This document shows, in pieces, positions 20,012 to 28,859 of a DNA stretch of 50,359 nucleotides. The first letter of the stretch is position 1; each line of letters opens with the position of its first letter. The DNA lies in IMG/VR virus record IMGVR_UViG_3300033062_000614. One strand, given 5' to 3'. A program made the translations under genes and the position numbers. A model generated the notes under the pieces. It did no database searches. It was not told the DNA's origin and saw nothing but the letters and a program-made list of their open reading frames with translations. The stretch comes from a virus (lineage: Duplodnaviria > Heunggongvirae > Uroviricota > Caudoviricetes).

Positions 20012-20691
20012 GAGAGCTACTAACTAGATTGTTTGAGGCTAGTATGACAAATGAAAAAGAGCAACATTTCATTGACCGAACCAATTTGCACATTGGACTT
20101 GTTCAAAAGGCTATTGATAGGATTATTAACAGAAATCCTGAGTGGAGAGAGTTTAATGAGACAGAGTTGTTTAATAGAGGTAAGGTTCACGATGCGAGTA
20201 AACTAGTAGAGCCTGAAAGAACGCCTTATGTTGATATTACGTGGCGACACAAGCTAGAAAACGAAAATGGGGGTTATGACCCTATCAATAAGAAAGGCTA
20301 TCAGACTCCTGGGCAGCTAGATAAGAAAGAGGAAAATGAGGCTACACTTCACCATATTACCACAAACTCTCATCATCCTGAATTTCATCTAGTTGATAAA
20401 TTAGAAGCTAATATCAATTCGCAAGATAGGGATAAATCAGACCAATGCGTTGACGCTTCGAGAATGCCAAACCTTGATTTGGCTGAAATGGTAGCCGATT
20501 GGCAGGCAATGGCAGAAGAGCTAAAGAAGAATACTGCAAGGGAATGGTATGATAAGCAAAAGGATGTTCGCTGGCACTTCTCAGAGGCTCAAGACAAACT
20601 TATAGATAGATTGTTGAAAGTATTCGAAACTAGAGAACCTTTCCATAGTCTTGACCCGCACGATGGAATTGGGGAAGATGACGGATGGTAA
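20008..20691 (+). CDS. HD-like metal-binding protein (DUF5662-like)
   Basis: HDASK, HHITTNSHHPEFH and EMVADWQAM motifs; ATGA overlap with the upstream LamG gene. Confidence 0.65.
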   Translation: MRELLTRLFEASMTNEKEQHFIDRTNLHIGLVQKAIDRIINRNPEWREFNETELFNRGKVHDASKLVEPERTPYVDITWRHKLENENGGYDPINKKGYQTPGQLDKKEENEATLHHITTNSHHPEFHLVDKLEANINSQDRDKSDQCVDASRMPNLDLAEMVADWQAMAEELKKNTAREWYDKQKDVRWHFSEAQDKLIDRLLKVFETREPFHSLDPHDGIGEDDGW

Positions 20692-20737
20692 TTCGTTACA
20701 GCTTAATTAGCGTAAAAGCTGAAAGGAGTATTCAATG
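20689..20737 (+). repeat. Copy 2 of the 49-bp stop-to-start spacer
   Basis: TAATTCGTTACAGCTTAATTAGCGTAAAAGCTGAAAGGAGTATTCAATG. Confidence 0.95.
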
Positions 20738-22513
20738 AAAACAGGTGCACTAGACAGATATGTAGATAGGTTAGTAAGGAATAAAGCATCAGCTCAATGC
20801 TTAGAAACTATTGAAATGCAGAGAGCTGGTAAGTTGGTAATGAAGCAATTTAATCAGGTAGGAGCAGACCCTATACTCAATGTGGATGGAACTATAGCAG
20901 TTGATGAAACTGCTCTTGATGGAAGTCCTAACTTTAGACAGCAATGTGTAATAGATAGCTACGATAAGCTACTGTTGCATTTAGATAACAATGTTACTGA
21001 TAGTGCTACTGGTAAGACAGTAACTAATAATAATGTTACTTTTGATGCGAGTATAAAGAAGTTTGGAACGCACTCTGCTGTATTTAATGGAACGAATTCT
21101 TACTTGCAGCTTGCTGATAGTGATGATTGGCGATTAGGGGGAGGATGTTTTACTATAGATTTCTGGTATAGAATACCGACTGGTTCTATTGGGAAGTATT
21201 TTGAAGTACATCAATATGTCGATGCTAATAATTATTGGGCTTGCTATATATATTTGAATGGAGAAGTTGGTTTTAGAGTTTTTTCTGGTGGAGTTTCTAT
21301 TACTTATTTTATAACATCTGCATATACAATAGCAGCTGACACTTGGTATCATTTTGCAATTGTGAGAGATGGAAGTAATGCATATGTTTTTATAAATGGA
21401 GTATCCCAAGTTCCTACAGTTACTAATCTGGGTATTGCTCCTGATTTTGCAGCTCCATTAAGATTGGGAGAGCACGGTAGTGGCTTGGGTTATTGGTTCA
21501 ATGGCTACATAGACGAACTACGCATAGTCAAAGGAGTAGCTCGTTGGACAAGCAACTTCACTCCACCTGCTCAACCTTATCCCTGCATAGGCTCTGTAAA
21601 CTCTAAAGGCGTAGTAGCTGAAAGAGTGCCTAAGAAAGTTGGAGTAGTTGTTAAGCTAGACCAGAACGATGCAACCGTAACTGCTTCAGTTGCTAGAGAT
21701 GTTGACAATTACACAAAGCTACTTATGCACGGAGAGTGCTTTAAGGATGAGACTGGAAAGGCGGTTACTTTCTATGGCAATGCTTTGATTGACAGTTCGG
21801 TGTATAAGTTTGCTGGTGGGAGTATGAAGTTTGATACTTCGAGTTCATATTTGAGTATTCCTAATAGTTCAGATTGGTATTTGGGGGTAGGAGATTGGAC
21901 AATAGATTTTTGGATTAGACTAAATAGTAATCCTCCTTCTGGAAAGGTATGGGGTATAGTTCAGCAAAGGACAAGCGATAATACTATGATTCATATAGTG
22001 TATGGAGTTCCTGCTACTACTGGGGAGATTGGATTAACTATATGGAATAGTGGCGTAGCAAGCTCAAACTGGACATCTGGGGCGGGTATGGTAATCAACA
22101 CTTGGTATCACGTAGCTGTTGTTAGATATGGAAGTTACTATATTACATTTATCAATGGAGTTCAGTATTATAATGCAGTCAATTCTATGGTGTGGGGAGT
22201 TTATACTGGTAACTTAACTATAGGATATGCTCGTAATGAAACTCCTGAAGATAGATATTTAGATGGATATCTTGATGAAGTTAGAATAAGCAAAGGCATA
22301 GCTCGTTGGACAGCCAACTTCACTCCACTAACAGCAAGATACGAGCTAGGCAACTACGTATCTGCACCGCTTACACAGATGGGTAGCACAGGCTACTATC
22401 GTTCGGATTTAATAGATGTATCTGCACAGCCTAGCGGTCAATGTGCAGGTGCAAAGGTCAATTTCTACAGTTCAGTTGCAAAGGTTCAAGGCATTGGAGT
22501 ATACTACAGATAA
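20735..22513 (+). CDS. LamG/ConA-like repeat fibre protein (2 modules)
   Basis: Two modules ending ELRIVKGVARW and EVRISKGIARW; paralogous termini. Confidence 0.85.
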   Translation: MKTGALDRYVDRLVRNKASAQCLETIEMQRAGKLVMKQFNQVGADPILNVDGTIAVDETALDGSPNFRQQCVIDSYDKLLLHLDNNVTDSATGKTVTNNNVTFDASIKKFGTHSAVFNGTNSYLQLADSDDWRLGGGCFTIDFWYRIPTGSIGKYFEVHQYVDANNYWACYIYLNGEVGFRVFSGGVSITYFITSAYTIAADTWYHFAIVRDGSNAYVFINGVSQVPTVTNLGIAPDFAAPLRLGEHGSGLGYWFNGYIDELRIVKGVARWTSNFTPPAQPYPCIGSVNSKGVVAERVPKKVGVVVKLDQNDATVTASVARDVDNYTKLLMHGECFKDETGKAVTFYGNALIDSSVYKFAGGSMKFDTSSSYLSIPNSSDWYLGVGDWTIDFWIRLNSNPPSGKVWGIVQQRTSDNTMIHIVYGVPATTGEIGLTIWNSGVASSNWTSGAGMVINTWYHVAVVRYGSYYITFINGVQYYNAVNSMVWGVYTGNLTIGYARNETPEDRYLDGYLDEVRISKGIARWTANFTPLTARYELGNYVSAPLTQMGSTGYYRSDLIDVSAQPSGQCAGAKVNFYSSVAKVQGIGVYYR

Positions 22514-22529
22514 AAACAAGGAGGCTTAA

Positions 22530-23072
22530 ATGACACAATCAGCAATGAAACAGAGAGTTGTAAGTCCTGATATGAGTTTGGTTTCTACACTATTGCTAGC
22601 GGAGCAGTGTGACAGCCCTAACAATGTGAATTGGAAAGTTGCAGTTGTGGCACCTATTGTTATGGACGATGCGAATAATGCTATAGCGGTTAGGGGCTTC
22701 AACGATTCAACTGAACAAGGTATTGGGTTTATGCTTATGATACCTGATTGGGCAGGTTCCATTAAGTTGAATTTTACTAGTAGGGCTAAGGTTGCACCAG
22801 GAACTGCTAAAAACGTAGTGCCTAAGCTCTATTTCAGAGGCGTTCTAGACAATGGGGCTATTGATAGCTGGTCAACAGGATATGACCTCTCCGCTTTGGT
22901 TATGCCCACTAATCTATACTTTCAAGTTGACACGCAAACTATAGCGTTTTCAACTCTAGGTATTACAAGAAATAGAATGCATCAGTTTGAACTGACCCGT
23001 AAAGTAGCAGGTGTCTCAGACAATTTACCAAGTGATTGGTATTTGCTTTCGCTTGAAGTAATGTTTATATAA
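22530..23072 (+). CDS. Beta-sandwich structural protein
   Basis: SD AGGAGG; beta-rich (FNDSTEQGIGF...FELTR...DWYLLSLEV); lies inside the fibre locus. Confidence 0.55.
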   Translation: MTQSAMKQRVVSPDMSLVSTLLLAEQCDSPNNVNWKVAVVAPIVMDDANNAIAVRGFNDSTEQGIGFMLMIPDWAGSIKLNFTSRAKVAPGTAKNVVPKLYFRGVLDNGAIDSWSTGYDLSALVMPTNLYFQVDTQTIAFSTLGITRNRMHQFELTRKVAGVSDNLPSDWYLLSLEVMFI

Positions 23073-23087
23073 TTAAGGGAGGTCAAA

Positions 23088-25814
23088 ATGTCCCTAAGAT
23101 TTGATAGAACGTTAAGTCAATATATGCAGGTAGGAGATATAACTACCTTCAAATGGATGCACGGTGCAGAAGACCCTAATACATTCAAATGGAGTTTTAG
23201 CTTTTGGTGTAAGGTAGTAGATATGGGCGATGTTCATCCTATACTTGACACAGGTGGATGGGTATCGTCAGGTAAAGGTGTATATGTTAGACTAAATACA
23301 AATGGGTCAATCGTTTTGGATATAGCAAGAGGTTTTGCCTTTCCTAATGAAGTATGTGATTTTTCAAGCAATCCTGGAGACTTTCCTTTAGATGGGGCTT
23401 GGCATAATGTTGTTATAACATACGACCAAGAAATAGCTGCGAATAATGCTAAGGTTTACGTTGATGGAACACTAGTATTTCAATATAACAAAACAGGGCT
23501 AGCTCCTTGGACAGGAGACCCTAATACAATAATGTATTTTGGGGCAAGTGTTCCAGGAAATCAGTATGGTAATTGCTATGTAGAAGATTACAGATTCTAC
23601 AAGGACATTGTCCTATCCGCTGATGAAGTTAAGGTAATTGGTAGAGATAGGGGTCACGATGTAATTGTAGGGGAGCAGAGAAGGGGAACTCTATACGGTA
23701 ATGCACAGATAGACAACTCTGTGTATAAGTTTGGGAGTGGTTCGTTTAAGAATCCTGCTTCAGGTCTTATGCATTTTACAGATTCAGATGATTGGAGATT
23801 TAGTAATGGTAATTGGACAGTTGATTTATGGGCAAGATTTAATTCGTTGCCTATTGATACTGCTGCAATGGATTTTGTAAGCTATTATGATTATAATACT
23901 AGCAATAGATGCTGGCACGTGAGAATATATAATGATGGAGGAAATATAAAGTTAGACACGACTTATTCAACAACAGGGGTAGACGCTAATACCAATTTTG
24001 GGTCAGGAGTAAGTTTAAGTCTCAATACTTGGTATCACTTTGCATTTGTGAGAGATGGTAATGTATTAAGATATTTTCTTAATGGAGTAGCAGTAGGAAC
24101 TGCTGTTGTAACAGCTACTTTTTATAATGCACAAAGTTGCTTACTTGTCGGTGCTATGGGAAGTCCAACTGTTAATGCTTATCCTATTGATGGCTATATT
24201 GATGAGGTAAGAATATCAAAAGGCATAGCTCGTTGGACTACCAACTTCGCACCGCCTTCAGCACCTTATCAAACTGACAGCTATACCAAACTACTTTTGC
24301 ACTTTGACACTACTGAAGCATTTAAGGACGATACGGGTAAGGTATTGACCAAGGTAGGTGGAGTTATTCAAGATTATACACAAGCAGTATTCTGTGGGGC
24401 TAGCTATAGGTTTGATGGAACTACAGATTATATAACTGTTCCAGATAGTGCGGATTGGTATTTAGGAGTAGGAGATTTTACCCTAGATATGTGGATAAAG
24501 TTGAATTCTATGGTAATCAACTCTCAGGGTATTTGGCTTATAGGACAGTGGGAATCGGGTATAAAGGATTGGTGCTTTAGATTGATTAGAGATGCTACTA
24601 ACGATTATCATTTATATTTCGCCAGTGAAGATGGCTTAGGAAACAACATTGAGATAATAGGAAATTTAATAAGTCCTACACCTGCACTTAATACTTGGCA
24701 CCATATAGTGCTAACTCGCAGCGGAAATACCTTTCGTTTCTTCTTTGATGGCGTAGCTGCGGGAAGTGGAACTGATTCGGACGCTATGATAGACTTAGTA
24801 TCAGTTCTGTATATAGGTGCGGATAATGTAGGGGCACGTTGTTTAGATGGCTGGTTGGATGAAATCAGAATATCAAAAGGTATAGCTCGATGGACTTCAG
24901 CCTTTACAGTTCCTACTCAACCACACGTCAAAGACGAATATACGGTATTACTACTGCACTCGTATAGGGAAGCTCTGGACGACAGCTCTACTCAAAAAGG
25001 ACTTTGGGCACGCTACAAGTTTGCAGATGGCTATGACGGAGAACCTGCGGGTAAAGACGTATTGCTTCTACATTGTGATGGCTCTGACGGGGCTAATGAC
25101 TTTGTAGATAGTGCTACAGGGAAGATAGTTACCGCTGTAGGTAATGCCAAAATGATTCAAGGTATTAACAAGTTTGGGTTAAGCTCTGCTAAGTTTAATG
25201 GTAGTAATGATTATTTAAGTTTAGCAGATAGTGCCGATTGGTATTTTACTGGAGACTTTACAATTGACTTATTTGTAAGGTTTAGAGCATTTCCTGCTAA
25301 CAACTATGATGCTGCGATATTTTGGCAGAAACAAGATAATAGCAATGGTCAATACTTTGCTTTGTTCAATAATGGAGGAACTCCTAGATGGGATTTTTGG
25401 CAGAATGTAGGAGGCGTAGCTGTTATATTTATGCAAATATCTGATGCATCTCTAGCTTTGAATACTTGGTATCACATAGCATTTGTAAGATACGGAAACA
25501 TATACCGAGTTTTTAGAGATGGAGTAAAACTAGGGTCAGACTATACTAATGCAACTGCATCTGTAGATTTTGTTGGGGGAATTACTATTGGTGGAGATGT
25601 TGACCTTACATATCCATTAAGCGGTTACATAGATGAGTATAGAGTTACCAAAGGAGCAGCAAGGTGGACAGGTAACTTTACTCCACCGCATCAAGCATAC
25701 TTTACAGAAATAGCAGAGACATCAGGAAGAGGATTAAACACTTTTGTAAGCTCTGCGAGTGCTCCTAGGTTTAGAAGTGGAGAACTCTCAATGAAAAGAA
25801 GATATAGGAGGTAA
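23088..25814 (+). CDS. LamG protein (one canonical LamG domain plus 3 inserted KG.ARW-type modules)
   Basis: N-terminal SLRFD...WHNVVITYD...EDYRFY LamG domain, then three modules; basic C-terminus RRYRR. Confidence 0.85.
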   Translation: MSLRFDRTLSQYMQVGDITTFKWMHGAEDPNTFKWSFSFWCKVVDMGDVHPILDTGGWVSSGKGVYVRLNTNGSIVLDIARGFAFPNEVCDFSSNPGDFPLDGAWHNVVITYDQEIAANNAKVYVDGTLVFQYNKTGLAPWTGDPNTIMYFGASVPGNQYGNCYVEDYRFYKDIVLSADEVKVIGRDRGHDVIVGEQRRGTLYGNAQIDNSVYKFGSGSFKNPASGLMHFTDSDDWRFSNGNWTVDLWARFNSLPIDTAAMDFVSYYDYNTSNRCWHVRIYNDGGNIKLDTTYSTTGVDANTNFGSGVSLSLNTWYHFAFVRDGNVLRYFLNGVAVGTAVVTATFYNAQSCLLVGAMGSPTVNAYPIDGYIDEVRISKGIARWTTNFAPPSAPYQTDSYTKLLLHFDTTEAFKDDTGKVLTKVGGVIQDYTQAVFCGASYRFDGTTDYITVPDSADWYLGVGDFTLDMWIKLNSMVINSQGIWLIGQWESGIKDWCFRLIRDATNDYHLYFASEDGLGNNIEIIGNLISPTPALNTWHHIVLTRSGNTFRFFFDGVAAGSGTDSDAMIDLVSVLYIGADNVGARCLDGWLDEIRISKGIARWTSAFTVPTQPHVKDEYTVLLLHSYREALDDSSTQKGLWARYKFADGYDGEPAGKDVLLLHCDGSDGANDFVDSATGKIVTAVGNAKMIQGINKFGLSSAKFNGSNDYLSLADSADWYFTGDFTIDLFVRFRAFPANNYDAAIFWQKQDNSNGQYFALFNNGGTPRWDFWQNVGGVAVIFMQISDASLALNTWYHIAFVRYGNIYRVFRDGVKLGSDYTNATASVDFVGGITIGGDVDLTYPLSGYIDEYRVTKGAARWTGNFTPPHQAYFTEIAETSGRGLNTFVSSASAPRFRSGELSMKRRYRR

Positions 25815-25816
25815 TA

Positions 25817-25974
25817 ATGCCTCATAAAGGCAATATACCTTGGATTCTGGTAAGCGAAGAAATAAACATTTTGCTAAATACGGTTATTCTATGTTAATAG
25901 TGAGAGAGAAAGAGTTGAAAGATATTTCTAGTTTGGAGAAAAAGATACTAGAATTCAATAAAAAGGAGTCTTAA
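25817..25974 (+). pseudogene. Internally deleted, frameshifted remnant of a Vsr/DUF559-type homing endonuclease
   Basis: The ATG at 25817 gives MPHKGNIPW. A different frame from 25843 reads DSGKRRNKHFAKYGYSMLIVREKELKDISSLEKKILEF, typical of such nuclease C-termini. Confidence 0.6.
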
Positions 25975-25975
25975 T

Positions 25976-26716
25976 ATGGGAAGTATAAATTATGGTTCAC
26001 AAACCGTGTCGGTAGCTTTTTTTGCCGCAGCTGATGCCAAAGTAGTCAACAAACGGCATTTAAGTATTAGGGCTAGAGGTCTTTACTCTGGGGGCTACTT
26101 AACAAAGGTCAGCGATGTCTTGGTTACTCTGTCTCCTTTAGTTGTAGAGATTGGGGATGACGACCATCAAGTTCGAGTAGCTACAGCTAATCCAATTTCA
26201 ATAATAGTAGGGGTTGCAACTCCCTATATTGTTCTTCGTTGGGGTTATGCAGAGACACCTACCAACTATATGGACGTATTGGCTTTAGGAATAGGGTCTA
26301 TTGTAGCAAACGACATAATTTTGGGTAAGTGCACATTTGCAGGTTCAACTCTAACAAGTTTTGACTATTTGGAAAGAGCAAACCCTGATGTATTTGACCT
26401 CTTTCTAAAAGTTGAACCTACTATTCCAGCCTCTATGTATACTCGTATTAGGGCAGGTAGAGTAAATTATGGAGTTAGAAACTATGATGTTCAAGACCAA
26501 TTAAGTCCTGTATTTACTTTGCCTACTGTAGACCCTAGAATAGATGTAGTCTATGTTGACTCTGATGGGCTAGTTAAGGTAATGAGTGGGTCTGAGGGTG
26601 CTCCTCCTTTAGCTCCTAACTACAATAACAAAAAGGTGTTAGCGGAGATAACGCTTCAGACAGCTTCTACAGAGATTACAGCAGCTATGATAAAGGACGT
26701 TAGGAGTCCTTTCTAA
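25976..26716 (+). CDS. Virion structural protein (tail-associated)
   Basis: SD AAGGAG; beta-rich; PRIDVVYVDSDG...G.EG..P.AP pattern of tail proteins. Confidence 0.55.
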   Translation: MGSINYGSQTVSVAFFAAADAKVVNKRHLSIRARGLYSGGYLTKVSDVLVTLSPLVVEIGDDDHQVRVATANPISIIVGVATPYIVLRWGYAETPTNYMDVLALGIGSIVANDIILGKCTFAGSTLTSFDYLERANPDVFDLFLKVEPTIPASMYTRIRAGRVNYGVRNYDVQDQLSPVFTLPTVDPRIDVVYVDSDGLVKVMSGSEGAPPLAPNYNNKKVLAEITLQTASTEITAAMIKDVRSPF

Positions 26717-27255
26717 TGCTTATGACTACTGACTATCCTTTATTGATTAAGCTAAAGGCAGGGCTTCCTAAGGCAGGGGTTTGGTGGCATTGGACTGCTT
26801 TGAATCAAGAGCCGATTTTCAGATATTTCTTAGAAAAGGCAAAGCCTAAGATTGCATTAGAAATAGGAACTTTTCAAGGGCTTACAGCAGCTCTCCTAGC
26901 CGAGTATGCTCAAGAGGTTTATACTATAGATGTAGTTCCATATCCAGCTCAAGAGCAAATTTGGCAATTCTGTGGTTGTAGGGATAAGGTTAAGAACTTC
27001 GTTTGTAAGTCTACTAAGAAAAAGGCAGAGCTTATCAAAAGCATACCTTTTGACTTTGCCTATATTGATGGTTCGCATCTTATGGAGAATATTAAAGTAG
27101 ATTATGACTTTACACAACATTGTAAGCATTTGTTGTTTCACGATTATTGGCAGAACTCTGAGGATTGGCAGGACGTTAAGGAATTCGTAGATGGTTTGAA
27201 ATTGCCTATTGAGGTAAAAGTTCCTTTTGCCTACTATGATGGGAGAATAAAATGA
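26716..27255 (+). CDS. Class I SAM-dependent methyltransferase (Methyltransf_24-like)
   Basis: ALEIGTFQG, FDFAYIDGSH and LFHDY. Confidence 0.85.
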   Translation: MLMTTDYPLLIKLKAGLPKAGVWWHWTALNQEPIFRYFLEKAKPKIALEIGTFQGLTAALLAEYAQEVYTIDVVPYPAQEQIWQFCGCRDKVKNFVCKSTKKKAELIKSIPFDFAYIDGSHLMENIKVDYDFTQHCKHLLFHDYWQNSEDWQDVKEFVDGLKLPIEVKVPFAYYDGRIK

Positions 27256-27977
27256 AATTTCATATAGTTGTTCCAACTCTCAAACGACCAGCTAAATTAG
27301 AAAGATTCTTTAACAGTTTGATAAGTCAACAACTTGACGAAACTTGGTTAGCAGAGAATCCCACAACTGTAGGGTTACACGTATACTTTGACAACAATGA
27401 TAAGGACTCTTACGATTACTTCAAAGACAAGTTTGGTAGCTACTTTCTAACAAAATACATTTTATTAGAAGACCAAAACAGGGCATTTGGCATTTGGAAC
27501 AAATATCTCAAAACAATGGATGTTGACGCTATGTTCTATGTTTGTGATGATATAGAATTTAAGCCCGATTGCCTTATTACTTGCTTAAAGGAGTTTACTA
27601 CTAGGTTTCCAGATACTGATGGGTTGATGGGATTAAATCAAGAGAACATATCTTCAGACAAAGATGGTTTTTCTAGAAATGCTATGGGTATCATAGGAAG
27701 AAAGTTTGCGGAGAGATACCCTGACCGCCAATGTTTCTGTCCTGATTATATCAGCTTTCACGCAGATGCAGAACTTGGAAACTTTGCTAGAAGCTTAGGT
27801 AAGTTTCATTTTGCTGCAAATGCTAATATAATTCACTATCATCCTGTATATCATAAAGACCAATTGGATGAAACTCATAGCGTAGTGCGTCAAATGAAGG
27901 ATGTAGATAGGGAGATGTGGAACCTGCGTAAAAAACGCAATTTGCTATGGGGGCAGTCCTTTGATACCGTTAGATAA
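27252..27977 (+). CDS. GT-A fold glycosyltransferase (GT2-like)
   Basis: IVVPTLKRP, YVCDDIEF and ADAEL...A...IHYHP. Confidence 0.75.
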   Translation: MKFHIVVPTLKRPAKLERFFNSLISQQLDETWLAENPTTVGLHVYFDNNDKDSYDYFKDKFGSYFLTKYILLEDQNRAFGIWNKYLKTMDVDAMFYVCDDIEFKPDCLITCLKEFTTRFPDTDGLMGLNQENISSDKDGFSRNAMGIIGRKFAERYPDRQCFCPDYISFHADAELGNFARSLGKFHFAANANIIHYHPVYHKDQLDETHSVVRQMKDVDREMWNLRKKRNLLWGQSFDTVR

Positions 27978-27999
27978 TCTTATGGGATACACACTACAA

Positions 28000-28857
28000 A
28001 TGGCAAGACAAAATAAATCAACTCTTGACAATCCACCTTTGACTGAAATGGTAATGACCAAAACTAGGGAGAGGCGTTTGTCTAAGGCTGGAGACAAGTT
28101 CCCTGTCAAGTTTATGAATATCAATGCTCCACCTATAGCATACAATGTCTATACTAACTTAGAGGCTCTGTATAACAATTACTATAGAAAGATTGTGCAG
28201 GTTTTACCTAATGGAGCTTGGAAAGGTAAGAGATGCTTCATTCTAGGAGGTGGGGAGAGCCTTAAAGGATTCAACTTTAATAGATTAGATGGCGAGTTAA
28301 CCATAGGTATCAATAGAGTATTTGAAGCTTACTACCCTACAGTTTTGTATTCTATGGATATCAGATTTTACTCTTGGGTAGTAGATTATCACTTAGACAA
28401 GTTTTCTGGAACAAAAGTAGCAGAACAATACAAAAACTATAGGGGTATAAAGGCTTTTCTTTGCCCCTTGAATCCTTTTGACTTTAAGGATGATGACGTC
28501 TACTTAGTGAGAAGAACCTTGGAAGAATGTGTGAGCTATGACTTGAATGAAGGAGTATATGGAGGCAACAATTCGGGATTTGGTGCTCTAATGTTAGCAA
28601 TTGCACTTAGAGCTAATCCGATTTATTTGTTGGGTTATGATTGTAAGATGATTAAGCACTCACATTGGCATAATGGTTATCCTGGTCAAATAGATACTGT
28701 TCTTGCCAATAAGCTCAAATCATATAAGGAGCTGTTAGAGAAATTTGCACACTTGATAAAAGGAGATACGGATATTGTTAATCTTAACCCTGATAGTGCC
28801 GTGACTTGTTTTCCATTTGACACAATAGACAACGTGATAACAAAAAAGGAGGTTTAG
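28000..28857 (+). CDS. Glycosyltransferase-like protein (MptE-like/MAF/GT29-type Rossmann fold)
   Basis: CFILGGGESL...TIGINR, NSGFGAL.LA...ANPIYLLGYD and IVNLNPDS. The start could be at 27961, 27982 or 28000. Confidence 0.65.
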   Translation: MARQNKSTLDNPPLTEMVMTKTRERRLSKAGDKFPVKFMNINAPPIAYNVYTNLEALYNNYYRKIVQVLPNGAWKGKRCFILGGGESLKGFNFNRLDGELTIGINRVFEAYYPTVLYSMDIRFYSWVVDYHLDKFSGTKVAEQYKNYRGIKAFLCPLNPFDFKDDDVYLVRRTLEECVSYDLNEGVYGGNNSGFGALMLAIALRANPIYLLGYDCKMIKHSHWHNGYPGQIDTVLANKLKSYKELLEKFAHLIKGDTDIVNLNPDSAVTCFPFDTIDNVITKKEV

Positions 28858-28859
28858 CG

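Noticed and set aside
15367-20737. Invertase shufflon or integron attC array
   Set aside because: The repeats are direct and all genes are co-oriented. There is no recombinase in the window, and the spacer lacks the RYYYAAC/GTTRRRY ends of attC.
12641-25814. Diversity-generating retroelement acting on the LamG fibre genes
   Set aside because: There is no reverse transcriptase in the window and no roughly 100-bp near-identical TR/VR pair differing only at adenines; shared stretches are short (up to 29 bp).
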